From: Pristiophorus japonicus
Taxonomy: Eukaryota
Direction: 5' to 3'
DNA length: 64,000 nucleotides
NCBI RefSeq assembly: GCF_044704955.1
Contig: NC_091980.1
Coordinates: 11,222,001 to 11,286,000 of the forward strand
Part shown: positions 1 through 13,855 of the stretch, one piece after another
How positions within the stretch are numbered: position 1 is the stretch's first letter
How the letters are laid out: each line of letters opens with the position of its first letter
Position numbers and translations under genes: made by a program
Notes under the pieces: generated by a model
Database searches by the model: none
Seen by the model: only the letters and a program-made list of their open reading frames with translations
What the model was told of the DNA's origin: nothing

Positions 1-2324
1 CATTGTGCGAGGCCCCTTGGGGAAGAGTGACCATAATCTGGTGGAATTCTGCATTAGGATGGAGAATGATACAGTTAATTCAGAGACCATGGTCCAGAAC
101 GTAAAGAAGGGTAACTTTGAAGGTATGAGGCGTGAATCGGCTAGGATAGATTGGCGAATGATACTTAAGGGGTTGACTGTGGATGGGCAATGGCAGACAT
201 TTAGAGACCGCATGGATGAATTACAACAATTGTACATTCCTGTCTGGTGTAAAAATAAAAAAGGGAAGGTGGCTCAACCGTGGCTATCTAGGGAAATCAG
301 GGATAGTATTAAAGCCAAGGAAGTGGCATACAAATTGGCCAGAAATAGCAGCGAATCTGGGGACTGGGAGAAATTTAGAACTCAGCAGAGGAGGACAAAG
401 GGTTTGATTAGGGCAGGGAAAATGGAGTAAGAGAAGAAGCTTGCAGGGAACATTAAGGCGGATTGCAAAAGTTTCTATAGGTATGTAAAGAGAAAAAGGT
501 TAGTAAAGACAAACGTAGGGCCCCTGCAGTCAGAATCAGGGGAAGTCATAACGGGGAACAAAGAAATGGCAGACCAATTGAACAAGTACTTTGGTTCAGT
601 ATTTACTAAGGAGGACACAAACAACCTTCCGGATATAAAAGGGGTCAGAGGGTCTAGTAAGGAGGAGGAACTGAGGGAAATCTTTATTAGTTGGGAAATT
701 GTGTTGGGGAAATTGATGGGATTGTACGCCGATAAATCCCCAGGGCCTGATGGACTGCATCCCAGAGTACTTAAGGAGGTGGCCTTGGAAATAGCGGATG
801 CATTGACAGTCATTTTCCAACATTCCGTTGACTCTGGATCAGTTCCTATCGAGTGGAGGGTAGCTAATGTAACCCCACTTTTTAAAAAAGGAGGGAGAGA
901 GAAAACAGGGAACTATAGACCGGTCAGCCTGACCTCAGTAGTGGGTAAAATGATGGAATCAATTATTAAGGATGTCATAGCAGCGCATTTGGAAAATGGT
1001 GACATGATAGGTCCAAGTCAGCATGGATTTGTGAAAAGGAAATCATGCTTGACAAATCTTCTGGAATTTTTTGAGGATGTTTCCAGTAAAGTGGACAAAG
1101 GAGAACCAGTTGATGTGGTATATTTGGACTTTCAGAAGGCTTTCGACAAGGTCCCACACAAGAGATTAATGTGCAAAGTTAAAGCACATGGGATTGGGGG
1201 TAGTGTGCTGACGTGGATTGAGAACTGGTTGTCAGACAGGAAGCAAAGAGTAGGAGTAAATAGGTACTTTTCAGAATGGCAGGCAGTGACTAGTGGGGTA
1301 CCGCAAGGTTCTGTGCTGGGGCCCCAGCTGTTTTCATTGTACATTAATGATTTAGAAGAGGGGATTAAATGTAGTTTCTCCAAATTTGCGGATGACACTA
1401 AGTTGGGTGGCAGTGTGAGCTGTGAGGATGATGCTATGAGGCTGCAGAGTGGCTTGGATAGGTTAGGTCAGTGGGCAAATGCATGGCAGATGAAGTATAA
1501 TATGGATAAATGTGCGGTTATCCACTTTGGTGGTAAAAACAGAGAGACAGACTATTATCTGAATGGTGACAGATTAGGAAAAGGGAAGGTGCAACGAGAC
1601 CTGGGTCTCATGGTACATCAGTCATTGAAGGTTGGCATGCAGGTACAGCAGGTGGTTAAGAAAGCAAATGGCATGTTGGCCTTCATAGCGAGGGGATTTG
1701 AGTACAGGGGCAGGGAGGTGTTGCTACAGTTGTACAGGGCCTTGGTGAGGCCACACCTGGAGTATTGTGTACAGTTTTGGTCTCCTAACTTGAGGAAGGA
1801 CATTCTTGCTATTGAGGGAGTGCAGCGAAGATTCACCAGACTGATTCCCGGGATGGTGGGACTGACCTATCAAGAAAGACTGGATCAACTGGGCTTGTAG
1901 TCACTGGAGTTCAGTCGAACGAGAGGGGACCTCATAGAAACGTTTAAAATTCTGACAGGTTTAGACAGGTTAGATGCAGGAAGAATGTTCCCAATGTTGG
2001 GGAAGTCCAGAACCAGGGGTCACACTCTAAGGATAAGGGGTAAGCCATTTAGGACCGAGATGAGGAGAAACTTCTTCACCCAGAGAGTGGTGAACCTGTG
2101 GAATTCTCTACCACAGAAAGTAGTTGAGGCCAATTCACTAAATATATTCAAAAGGGAGTTAGATGAAGTCCTTACTACTCGGGGGATCAAGGAGTATGCC
2201 GAGAAAGCAGGAAGGCGGTACTGAAGTTTCATGTTCAGCCATGAACTCATTGAATGGTGGTGCAGGCTAGAAAGGCTGAATGGCCTGCTCCTGCACCTAT
2301 TTTTCTATGTTTCTATGTTTCTAT
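1..2324 (+). mobile_element. CR1 LINE (ORF2 endonuclease end + RT, 3' UTR); runs off the window start
   Basis: ORFs 5..430, 566..1900 and 1985..2224 carry CR1 ORF2 motifs ([44 protein letters not shown]). In-frame stops at 428 and 1898; (TTTCTATG)n tail at ~2300-2324. Confidence 0.95.
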
Positions 2325-3900
2325 GAAGGCCAATAAATCCCCAGGGCCTGATAGTCTGCATCCCAGAGTACTTAAGGAAGTCGCCCTAGCAATAGTGGAT
2401 GCATTGATGGTCATTTTCCAACAGTCTATAGGCTCTGGATTAGTTCCTATGGATTGGAGGGTAGCTAATGTACCCCCACTTTTTAAAAAAGGATGGAGAG
2501 AGAAAGCAGGGAAATATAGACCAGTTAGCCTGACATAAGTAGGGGGGGAAATGTTGGAATCAATTATTAAAGATGTAATAGCAGCGTATTTGGAAAGCTG
2601 TGACAGGATCGGTCCAAGTCAGCTTGGATTTATGAAAGGGACATCAAGCTTGACAAATCTTCTAGAATTTTTCCATGATGCAACTAGTAGAGTGGACAAG
2701 GGTGGACCAGTGGATGTGGTGTATTTGGAATTTCAAAAGGCTTTTGACAAGGTCCCACACAAGAGATTAGTGTGCAAAATTGAAGCACTTGGTAATGTTT
2801 TGACGTGGATAGACAACTGGTTGGCAGACAGGAGGCAAAGAGTAGGAATAAACAGATCCTTTTCAGAATGGCAGGTAGTGACTAGTCAGTACCGTAAGGT
2901 TCAGTGTTGGCACCCCATCTATTTACAATATACATTAATGATTTAGACGAAGGAATTGAATGTAATATCTCCAATTTGCAGATGACACTAAGCTGGGTGG
3001 CAGTGTGAGCTGCGAGGAGGATGCTACGAGGCTGCAGGGTGACTTGGACAGGTTAGGTTAGTGGGCAAATGCATGGCAGATGCAATATAATGCAGATAAA
3101 GGTGAGGTTATCCTCTTTGGTGGCAAAAACACGCAGGCAGAATAATATCTGAATGTTGACAGATTCGGAAAAGCAGAGGTGCAACGAGACCTGGGTGTCA
3201 TGGTACATCAGTCATTGAATGTTGGCTTGCAGGTACCGAGGCGGTGAAGAAGGCAAATGGCATGTTGGCCTTCATAGCGAGAGGAATTGAGTATACGAGC
3301 AGCGAGGTCTTACTGAAGTTGTACAGTGGTGAGGCCACACCTTGAATATTATGTACAGTTAATGTCTCCTAATCTGAGAAAGGACATTCTTGCTATTAAG
3401 GGAGTGCAGGAAAGGTTCATCAGATTGATTCCCGGGATGGCAGGACTGACATATGAAGAAATACTGGATCGACTAGGCTTATATTCACTGGAATTTAGAA
3501 GAATGAGAGGGGATCTCATTGAAACACATAAAATTCTGACGGGATTGGACAGGGTAGATGCAGAAAGAATGTTCCCGATGTTGCGGAAGTCCCGGACCAG
3601 GGGTCACAGTCTAAGGATAAGGGGAAAGCCGTTTAGGACCGAGATGAAGAGAAACTTCTTCACTCAGAGAATTGTGAACCTGTGGAATTCTCTACCACAG
3701 AAAGTTGTTGAGGCCAGTTCGTTAGATATATTCAAAAGGGAATTCGATGTGGCCCTTGCGGCTAAAGAGATCAAGGGGTATGGAGAGAAAGCAGGAATGG
3801 GATACTGAAGTTGAATGATCAGCCATGATCATATTGAATGGTGGTGCGGGCTCGAAGTGCCGGATGATCTACTCCTGCACCTATTTTCTGTGTTTCTATG
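2325..3900 (+). mobile_element. CR1 LINE fragment (RT + 3' UTR), same family, degenerate
   Basis: Restarts at KANKSPGPD directly after the previous tail. Frameshifted RT pieces 2551..2946 and 3326..3808; tail TTTCTGTGTTTCTATG at ~3885-3900. Confidence 0.92.
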
Positions 3901-3925
3901 TATCTTTTATCATTTTAAAGACCTC

Positions 3926-4673
3926 GGGGCCGAAATTGTCCATTTGCTTAAGGCATGTTACCAATGCAAATCCGCTGCCAGGCTGCAGAATGGAGTCGCC
4001 GCCGACTTTTGGTTGAATGGCAGCTGTTAGTCTAATTGCACTCCCGATTTTCCTGGCGGTGCCCTGATTCCCCCCTATATCGCTTCGCTGCTGCCAATCA
4101 GTGCTAAGTATGTCATCACCATGCGCACCGCAGACGGTGACATTCCCTTTGAAAAATTGCTGGCCCGGACAGCGGTTCCAAACCCACCTTTTACTCAGTG
4201 ATCCAGTGTGGCTCTGGTCTTCTGCAGTGGCCGTGCGACTTCCCTGAATGGGAGGGATCGCTACCGCTGCCCCCATGTTTTTTGTCGCTCGACCACCATG
4301 GCTTCCCAACAATTTTGCCCCCGTGTTCGGCTGGGTAGCCAACCGGCAGCCTACACCCCCTTTTGTTCCAGCCCAATGGCCTGGCCAAATCCATTCCTGG
4401 TGGTCCAGTGGGCCGAACTTTAAAAATCGTGAAGACACTTCCCTTCAAGTGAAGGGCAGAGCCATTGTGAAGCGACACATGATGATGTCATCATGTAGGT
4501 GCCTCCGCACAACCCCCAACTTCTGCCCCTCAGATGATGTCACCACGACGTCTTTGCCCCGCAGGAGTAGCCTCATTTACACATTTACATCAACTTCTGG
4601 ATCAAAAAAACCCAAAGAGCGCAATTAATTGAAAGAGTCGACCTGAACCGCAGCGGTGGGCAATTTCTGCCCC
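3926..4673. mobile_element. PIF/Harbinger-type MITE
   Basis: TIRs GGGGCCGAAATTGTCC (3926-3941) and GGGCAATTTCTGCCCC (4658-4673); 3-bp TSD CTC on both sides. The host CR1 rejoins as AAAGACCTCTGTT. Confidence 0.85.
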
Positions 4674-5518
4674 CTCTGTTCGGTCACCACTTAGCCTGCT
4701 CGTTTCAAAAGAAAATACATACAGCTTGTCCATCCTTTCCTGATAGGTAAAACCTCGTATTTCTGCTATCACCCTTGTAATTCTTTTTGCACCCTCTTCA
4801 GTGCCTTCTATCCTTTTTATAATATGGCGACCGAAATTTTGCACCATACTGCACAGTCTACCCATATGTTTTACACGTTTATCTTAACTTCTCCACATTT
4901 GAATTCTACATGTTTTGATTCCAAAGTCTAAAGCTTTAATATAAACTGTGAACAACATTTTTCCCAACACCAATCCTTTCCACCTTTTGCCTTTCTGAAT
5001 AACCACCCTTTAGTCCATCTCTCTGTTTTGTGTCTTGAAGCAAGCTAGCTATCCATATTGCTACTTGAGCCCTGACTCCGCATGCTCTGACTTTATTCAT
5101 TAGTTTCTTATGTGGCACCTCATCAAAAATTTCAAAATCTAGATAAATTACATTTACCTATTAACTTTTGTTGACTCTCTGTTTACTCGTCATAGACTTC
5201 AATAATGCTGGTCAAGCAAGACTTTCTCTTTTGAAATCCATGCTGCCTGTTATATTTTTGGTTGCTAGATGTTTTTGTATTTTCTCCTTTTGTAGCGACT
5301 CCATTATTCCTACAACTGGTGTTAAGTTGATTGGTTTATATTTTCCTGGATATGTTCTAGCCCCCTTTTTATACACACACACACACATATACAGAGCTCT
5401 ACAGATTTATATATAGTCCTGCAGCAATACAGTATTTTCAAAATTTTTAAATTAAATACGTGTTATAGTGCCTCTGCCATCTCTTCCCTAGATTGTAATC
5501 CCTTGAGGCTTTAAGCTT

Positions 5519-6170
5519 GGACTGGATTTTTGGCTTTGATGTCTTTGGGGCTATAATGGCAGTGGGGCCGTAAAGATAGCGCCAGGGAATAGTTTGCGCA
5601 TCAGTAGGTAATTTTGGTCGGCTGGGCCCTGCATCAGGGAACGCAGGACTAAGGCATTGTACATCTCTCTTAGGGCATTAGTATGGGAAACTCCCGATCT
5701 AAATTGCCAGGCCAGGAGCGCTCTGAGAGACGCCTGTGGGGGGGGGGGGGGGAGGTGGGTGGCGGGGGGTGGGGACCCTTAAACAGCCCCCCACAAAACA
5801 TTCCCAAACCATTGTCAATGCCACCACAACCCAAATGCAAACAAGTAAAAGAAAAAACAATCGCCCTTACCTTAGGAGTCCATTAGCTTCCTCTCTGCAG
5901 TCGGTATAGTTGGACTGCCTAATATCCCAGGCGGTCAGTGCGATGCGTGCTTGGTGGGGGGCCGGGGGAGGGAATGATAGTAGTCGAAATTCGCGCTTGT
6001 GTTGCAACGAGGGCCGTTGCACACTGGGTGCAGCTCTCACCGGTGGTGCTGCTCAATGCCGTCGCCAAACTGGACCCGATGATCGCTGCGGGGTGCTGGA
6101 GGCTTACCGCCGCCATTACAGCTACTCCAGGCTGAAACACGGAGCAGATGGAGCTGACAATCTGCACCCA
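5519..6170. mobile_element. Probable non-autonomous Harbinger-like insert (GC-rich, contains a G-tract)
   Basis: GC-rich block interrupting the AT-rich CR1. Ends only weakly resemble a GGNNNGGATTT-type TIR; TSD not resolved. Confidence 0.4.
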
Positions 6171-6533
6171 GAGGTTTTCTCCTCTTTGACTTTGATTGGT
6201 TAATTTAATATTTCTTCTCTTTTTATTTTAAATACAGTTATGTCATTTCTAATCTCACTTGATCTGTCTCACATGTAGATACACAAGCAAAGTAATTATT
6301 TAATATTTCTGCCATTTCGCCATCACAGCGTGTAATTTTATCTGTCCATCCTTTAGTGGCCCTATTCCCATCGCAACTTATTTTTTTATTGCTGTGCGCG
6401 TAGAATATTTTGCTATTTCTTTTCCTTGATATTAATTTTCATATTTACTGCTTTCCATTCAACTCTTATTTTGAATTCTCTCCTAGTCTCTTCGTATTTC
6501 CTCTTGACCTGCTTACCCCTGTTGTTCATAGTA

Positions 6534-7000
6534 GTGCCAGCTGTGGCTCAGTTGGTAGCATGCTCACATGTGAGTCAGAAGCTTGTGGATTCATAGTACC
6601 ACTCCAAAAACTTGAGCATAAAAATATAGACTGACACTCCACTGCTGAGCATGTGCTGCAATGTCAAAGGTGCCGTCTTTCAGGTGAAATGCTAAATGAA
6701 GGCCCTGTCTGCCATCTCCCATGGATGTAAAATATCCTTTTGGCACTATTTCGAAGAATAGCAGGGCAGTAATTCGCGTGTGTCCCAGCCAATAATTGTC
6801 CCTCAACCATCACCGCTGAAACCGATCATCTGGTCATCATCACATTGCTGTTGAGGGCGGGTCGTGGAGGAGTTGCTGTGCACAAATTGGCTGCCGTGTT
6901 TCCTACATTACAACAGTGACTACATTTCAAAAAGTACTTCATTTGATGTAAAACAATGTGGGATGTCCGGTGCTTGTGAAAAGCACTATATAAATGATGT
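6534..7000 (+). mobile_element. tRNA-derived DeuSINE (SacSINE1-like)
   Basis: A box TGGCTCAGTTGG and degenerate B box; Deu-domain-like core TGCTGCAATGTCAAAGGTGCCGTCTTTCAGGTGA; tail GCACTATATAAATG. Confidence 0.85.
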
Positions 7001-8214
7001 TATTCTATACACTGAGTGCATGTCTCTTTTCTTACCTTCAATGTTTCCTTTTGTAAACTTACTTATGCATGGCATCTCATCTGTTTAGTTTGTTCTTGTT
7101 TTTTAGTGGAATATATTTTTCATGTACTCTGTTGAACACCGTTTTAAATGTTTCCAATTGATTTTCTATATCATTGTTTTCCAATATTGTTGTCCATTTA
7201 ATTTCCCAATTTCTATTCTCAGCCCCTCAATAAACAGATTTCCTCCAAACCTTTGTCCTCATAAGGGCATACTTATGTTTTTGTCCAATATTAACTTATA
7301 GTGTGTTATATTATGGTCACTATTGCCCAGATGTTCCCCTATTGTTATATCTCTTATCTGCTCTGCTTCAGTCTCCATTACTAGATCCACGAGCGAATCC
7401 TCCCTTGTGGGGCTTCTGACATACCAGGTAAGAAAGTAGTTCAACACACATTCGAGCAACTTCACTCTCATCCCCTATGCATACCTCTATTGGTAATTGA
7501 TTTTGGTTGGGGTGGCGGGTGGGGTCGGGCATTACATACCTCATGATTATTTTTCTATTATTTTTTAGTAATTTCCCTAATTTGTTTGCAAAGTTCTTCC
7601 TCCACCTCGCTTCTACTATTAGGTGGTCTGTAGACTACCCATACTAGTGTAATTGATCTTTTATCTCTATCCACATGGATTCTACTTCTATTTTTCTGAT
7701 AGCTGCTTCACCTTTATCTACTTCTATTATTTTATTTCTAATGAGTACAGCTACCCTTTTTGCCTCTATATATTTTAAAGTATGTTGTCCCTGCAATGTT
7801 TATTTCCCAGTCCTGATTTTTCTGTAGCCATGCCTGAGTAATCCCTACTATATTTGGTTCCTTGCAACACATTATTGCTCCCAGCTTCCTGTTTTATTAT
7901 GGATATTGTATGAAGTTATATTGGGCTAAAAAATTGATAGCCCCACAAAATGGGCACTGGGATTGAGATGCGTGATCAACCCACGCCTGTTCAACGTATT
8001 GCAGGCAGCTTGTAAACTTCGTACTGGCTGCCAATTTAAATAATATTGGCGTGCAGCCCAGCATATTTAGCTCATGCTCTGCGGCGAGTTTAATTCCGTG
8101 CTAGGCTAGCACCAATTAAAGGCAGCCTGCACTTCTTAAAGCAAGAATTCACTTCTTAAGGGGGAGGCGCAGTGTGACATTACCAATTGATGGAATTTAA
8201 ACCTGAGAAAGATC

Positions 8215-8449
8215 CAGGCCAGAGAAAGGGCTTCAAATTTCTCAGATGCAGCACTGGATGCCTTGGTACATTAGGCAGAAAGGAAGAGAGAGGTCCTGTT
8301 TCCACGGGGTGGGGGGGATAAAGACCCTCTTTCAGACACTATGAAGGCAGTTAGAGGAGATAGTCAAGGACGTCAATGCCAAGATTGCTGCCCCTCGGAC
8401 CTGGATGCATTGCTGGAAGAAGTTAAATAACCTCACTCGAAAGGACAAG
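8215..8449 (+). pseudogene. Myb/SANT-like DNA-binding domain exon (Harbinger ORF, MSANTD4-like), with stops
   Basis: Hand translation from 8221: RERASNFSDAALDALVH*AERKREVLFP...L*RQLEEIVKDVNAKIAAPRTWMHCWKKLNNLTRKDK, followed by donor-like GTTAGT. Confidence 0.8.
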
Positions 8450-8463
8450 GTTAGTGAATATTT

Positions 8464-9365
8464 TTAAATTAATTCGGGGATGTTGGCATCGCTTGCAAGG
8501 CCAGCATTTATTGCCCACCCTAATTGCTGTTGAAAACGTGTTTGTGAACAGCCTTCTTGAACCGCTGCAGTCATTATGGTGAAGGTACTCTCACAGTGCT
8601 GTAGGGAAGCACTTCTAGGATTTTGGCCCAGAGGCAATGAAGGAACAGTGGGATATTTCCAAGTCAACAAGGTGTGTAACTTGGAAGGGATCTTATAGTT
8701 GATGGTGCTCCCGTGCACCTGCTGCCCTTGTCCTTCTAGGTGGTAGAGGTTGCGGTTTGGGGGGTGCTGCCGAAGAAGCCGTGGTGAGTTGCTGCAGTGC
8801 ATCATGTATCTGGTACACACTGCAGCCACATTGCACTAGTGGAGGAGGAAGAGAATGTTGCAGGTGGTGGATGCATTGCCAAACAATTGGGCTGCTTTAT
8901 CCTGGATTGTGCCGAGTTCTTGAGTGATGTTCAAGCTGTATCATTCATGAAAGTTGAGCATATTCTATCACATCCCTGACTTGTGCCTTGTCGATGATGG
9001 ATAGCATTTGGGAAATCAGGAAGTGACACACTCGCCACAGAATATCCCGCCTCTGACGTGCTCTTGTAGACACACTAATGAGAAAGGCACAAGGGCAGGG
9101 TGCTGGTGACTCCAGGATGTTGATGGTGGGCGATTCGGCGATGGTAATGCCGTTGAATATCAAGGGGAAGTGGTCATTGCCTGGCACTTATATGGCGTGA
9201 ATGTTACTTGCCACTTATCAGCCCAAGCCTGAAGGTTTTCCAAGTCTTGCTGCAAGCGTGCATGGAATACTTCATTTTCTGAGGAGTTGCGAATGGAAGT
9301 GAACATTGTGCAATTATCAGGGAACATCCCCACTTCTGACATTATAATGGAGGGAAGGTGGTCAT
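8464..9365 (-). mobile_element. CR1/L2-group LINE 'family B', 3' part
   Basis: 3' end GGCAATAAATGCTGGCCTTGC...CATCCC on the minus strand; ORF 9160..9342 (GMFPDNCT...LQQDLENLQAWADKWQVTF). Confidence 0.8.
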
Positions 9366-10977
9366 GGAATCATAGATTCATAGAATATTTACAGCATGGA
9401 AGAAGGCTATTCGGCCCAAGCCCGCGCCGACTCTCAGCTAGTACCACTCCCCTGCCCGTCCTCCATAGCCCAGCACCTATTTCCTCCTGATATTTATCCA
9501 ACTCCCCTTTGATTTTTAAAATTGAGCTTGCCTCCACCATCCTTTCAGGCAGTGCATTCCAGATCTTAACCACTCGCTGTGTAAAAACATTTTTTGTGAT
9601 GTCACCTTTGGTTCTTTTGCAAATGATCTTAAATCTCTGTCCTCTGGTTGTAGACCCTTCTGCCAATGGTAACACCATCTCTCTATCTACCCTGTCCAGA
9701 CCCCTCATGATTTTGAACATCTCTAACAAATCTCCTCTCAATCTTCTCTGCTCCAAGGAGAACAACGCCAGCTTCTCCAGTCCATCAACGTAACTGAAGT
9801 CCCTGATTTCTGGAATCATTCTCGTAAATCTTTTCTGCATCTTCTCTAAGGACTTCACATCCTTTCTAAAGTTTAGTGCGCAAAATTGGACACATTACTC
9901 CAGTTGGGGCCGAATCAGTGGTTTATACAGGTTCATCATCATTTCCACACTTATGATGTCTATACCTCCATTTATGAAGTGCAGAATACCGTAAGCCTTT
10001 TTATCTGCTTTCTCAACCTGCCCTTTTACATTCAATGATTTATGCATGTAGTCCCAGGTCTCTCTACTCGTGCACCACCTTTAGGATTTCACCATTTAGT
10101 TTATATGTCTTCCTTATTTTTCGACCAAAATGCATCACTTCACACCTTTCTGCATTAAATTTCATCTGACACATGTCTGTCCATTTCACCAGCATATCTA
10201 TATCTTCCTGAAGTCTATCATTCTCCTCATTGTTCAATAAAGTTCCAAGATTCGTGCCCACTCCAAATTATGAAATTGTGCCCTGTACACCCACGTCCAA
10301 GTCATTAATATATATCAGATAAACAGTGGTCCTAGAACCACTGTAAGCCTTCCTATAGTCCACCACTCTCTGTTTCCTGTCACTTAGCCAATTTCCTATC
10401 CATGCTGCCACTATACCTTTTATTCTATGTACTTTAACTTTGCTGGCAAGCCTATTGTGCGACACATTGTTGAAAGCCTTTTGAAAATCTGTGTACATGA
10501 CATCAACCACTTTATTCTCATCAACCCTCTCTGTTACCTCATGAAAACACTCGATCAAGTTGGTGAAACACAATTCGTCTTTAACAAATCCTTGCGTGCC
10601 TTCCTGACTGAATACATCCTTTGCAATTGACTGTTCATGTTGTCTCTGAATACTGTTTCTAAAAGATCCCCACTACCGAGGTTAAACTGAGTGGCCTGTT
10701 GTTGCTGTGTTTATCTTCATACACTATTTTGAACAATGGTGTAACATTTGCAACTCTTGTGTCCTCTGGCCCCTCCACATCTATGGACGATTGGAATATT
10801 ATGATCAAGGCCTGCACAATTTCCGCCCTCTTTTCCCTTAGCATCCGAGGTTGCATCCCATCCGCTCCTGGTGAATTATCTACTTTAAGTACAGCCAGCC
10901 TTTCGAACACCTTTTCTTTATCAATTTTTATCCTATTAATTGTCTCTACTGCCTCCTCCCTCACAAGGTCTATGTCA

Positions 10978-13125
10978 GCATAAGAATATAAGAACATAAG
11001 AAACAGTAGCAGGTGTAGGCCATTTGACCCCTCGAGGCTGCTCCGCAATTTAATAAGATCATGGTTAATATGATCATCGAATCAGCTCTACTTCCCTGCC
11101 CGCATCCCCATAACCATTTATTCTCTTATTGCGCAAAAATCTGCCTATCTCTGTCTTAAATATATTCAATACCCAGCATCCACAGCTCTCTGGGCCAGAG
11201 AATGACAACCCTCTGAGAGAAGAAATTCCTTCTCATCTCAGTTTTAAAGGGCGGCCCTTTTTCTGGGACTATGTCTCCTAGTTTTAGTTTCCCCAATGTG
11301 TGGAAATATCCTCTCCGCATTCAGCTTGCCGAGCCCCCTCATTATCATATATGTTTCGATAAAGTCACCTCTCATTTTTCTGAACTGCAAAGAGTATAGG
11401 CCCAATCTATTCAACCTATCTTCATATATCAACCCCTCATCTCCCGAATCAACCTAGTGAACCTTCTCTGAACAGCCTCCAATGCAGGTATATTGCCCTA
11501 AGTGGAGGAAGTGCATCGAGGAAGGTACTGACGATGTTGAGTCTCATCGCCGAGAGCGTGCAGAAATCAAGCACAGGCAGCAGAAAGAGCATGCGGCAAA
11601 CCAATTCAACCCACCCTTTTCCTCAAAGACTAACTGTCCCACTTGTGATAGGGACTGTGGTTCTCATATTGGACTGTTCAGCCACCTAAGGACTCATTTT
11701 TAGAGGGTAAGCAAGTCTTCCTCGATTCAGAGGGACTGGCAGTTCATTGGATATATTCAAGAGAAATTTAGATATGGCCCTTATGGCTAAAGGGATCAAA
11801 GGGTATGGAGAGAAAGCAGGAAAGGGGTACTAAGGTGAAGGATCAGCCATGACCTTATTGAATGGTGGTGCATGCTCGAAAGGCCGAATAGCCTACTCCT
11901 GCACCTATTTTCTATGTTTCTATGTTTCTATGAAATCCTTCCTTAAATACGGAGACCAAAACTGTATGCAGTACTCAATGTGTAGTCTCACTAATACCCT
12001 GTACAGTGGTAGCAGGATTTCTCTGCTTTTATACTCTATCCCCCTAGTAATAAAGGCCAACATTCCTTTTGCCTTCTTGATTAATTGCTATAACTGCAAA
12101 CTAACCTGATGTGTTTAATGCACAAGGACACCCAGGTCCCCCTCTACTACAGCACTTTACAATTTTTCTCCATTTAAATTATAATTTGCTTTTCTATTTT
12201 TCTGCCAAGTCGATAACCTCACATTTTCCCACTTTGTACTCCATCTGCCTAATTTTTGCCCACTCACCTAGCCTGTCTATATCCCATTGCAGATTTTTTA
12301 TATCCTCTCCACAATTTGCTTTCCCATCACCTTTTTATCATCAGCAAACTTGACAACATTACACTCAGTCCCTTCATCCAAGTCATTAATATAGATTGTA
12401 AATAGTTGAGGCTCTAGCACAGACCCCTGTGGCACCCCACTAGTTTTGCAACCGGAAAATGACCCGTTACTCCCGACTCTCTGTTTTCTGGTAATTGGTC
12501 AATCTGCTATTAATGCTAATATATTACCCCCAACCCTGTGAATGTATATCTTGTGCAGTAACCTTTTATGTGGCACCTTATCGAATGCCTTCTGGAAATT
12601 CAAATATACCACATGCACTGGTTCCCCCTTATCCATCCTACTCATTGTATCCTCAAAGATCGCCAGCAAATTTTTCGAACATGATTTCCCTTTCATAAAA
12701 CCATGCTGACTCTGCCTGACCGATTTTTGCTTTTTCAAATGTCCTGCGACTGCTTCCTTAATAATGGACTCCAGCATTTTCTCAATGACAGATTGTAGGC
12801 AAACCGGTCTATAGCTTCCTGCTTTGTGTCTGCTACCATTTTTTAAATAGGGGTGTTACATTTGCGGTTTTCCAATCCACTAGGACCTCCTCAGAATCCA
12901 GGGAATTTTGGTAGATTACCAGCAATACCGCCACGATCTCAGCAACCACTTCGTTTAGGACTCTAGGATGCAAAGCATCAGGTCCAGGGGACTTGCTTAC
13001 CTTTAGTCCCATTATTCTACCAACTACTACTTCTTTAATGATAGTGATTGATTTAGTTCTTCCGTCCCTATAGCCCTTTATTGGGATGTTTTTAGTGTCT
13101 TCTATCGTGGAAACCGATACATTCT
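10978..13125 (-). mobile_element. CR1 LINE nested in CR1
   Basis: Tail (TTCTTATG)n at 10978-11005; RT pieces 11244..11432 and 12499..12777. Confidence 0.8.
11495..11932 (+). mobile_element. Composite insert: RTE-clade 3' end fused to a CR1 3' end
   Basis: ORF 11482..11703 ends CPTCDRDCGSHIGLFSHLRTHF (RTE ORF2 C-terminus), then the RTE UTR CTTCCTCGATTCAGAGGGAC. CR1 3' sequence follows from ~11742 and ends in (TTTCTATG)n. Confidence 0.8.
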
Positions 13126-13855
13126 CTTCCTTGGTGAAGATAGATGCAAAGTACTAATTTAGTACCTCAGTCATACACTCTGTCTCTATGCGATGGTCTC
13201 CTTTTTGGTCCTTACTCGGCTCCACCCCTGCTCTTATTATCCTTTCACTATTTACATGCCTATGCAAGACTTTTGGATTACCTTTTATGTTTGCTGTTCT
13301 CCTATTCTCGTACCCTCTCTTTGCCCCTATTACTTTCTTTTTCACTTGTCCTCTGACCTTTCTATATATAGCCTGATTTTCAGATCTATTTCCAACATGA
13401 CAGCTGTCATTCGTGCTGTTTTTCTGCATCATAACGTTCTCTATTTCTTTAGTCATCCAGGGAGCACTGACCTTAGTTGCCTTACCTTTCCCCCTCGTGG
13501 AAATGAACCTCAAATGTACACGAACTATTTCCTCTTTAAAAGCAGCCCATTATTCCATTGCAGTTTTGCCTGCAAATCTTTGATTCAATTTACCCGGGCC
13601 ACTGAAAGTGTGCTTCGCTCAGTTAAATATTTTTACTCTAGATTGGCCCCTGTTCTTTTCCATAGCTAATCTAAACTTTATGATACTATGATCACTGTTC
13701 CCTAAATGTTCACTTACTGAAACTTGCTCCACTTGACTTACCTCATTCCCCAGAATCAGTTCCAGCAATGCCTCCTTCCTTGTCAGGCCAGAAACATACT
13801 GAACAAGAATGTTCTCCTGAATGCACTTCAAAATGTCTTCCCCTTCTCTGCCCTC

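Larger units (their letters stand above)
3901..7920 (-). mobile_element. Old, decayed CR1 ORF2 (host of a MITE, a GC-rich insert and a SINE)
   Basis: Minus-strand ORFs 4602..4865, 4936..5118 (PHKKLMNKV) and 7259..7471 (PTREDSLVDLV...HLGNSDH). Confidence 0.75.
9366..13855 (-). mobile_element. CR1 LINE inserted in family-B LINE (itself hosting 10978-13125)
   Basis: Tail (ATTCTATG-type) at 9366-9390; ORF2 pieces 9370..9858, 10268..10573, 13154..13513 and 13619..13831. Family B resumes at ~13856. Confidence 0.8.

Noticed and set aside
566-1900. 444-aa reverse transcriptase ORF as a functional or domesticated gene
   Set aside because: Bounded by premature stops inside an ordinary CR1 ORF2.
5737-5775. 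G-tract with G-quadruplex potential
   Set aside because: Lies inside a repeat, and homopolymer length is unreliable.
6534-6610. tRNA-like sequence (also minus-strand at ~31010-31078, ~48495-48562, ~60070-60137)
   Set aside because: SINE heads continuous with the Deu core; not tRNA genes.
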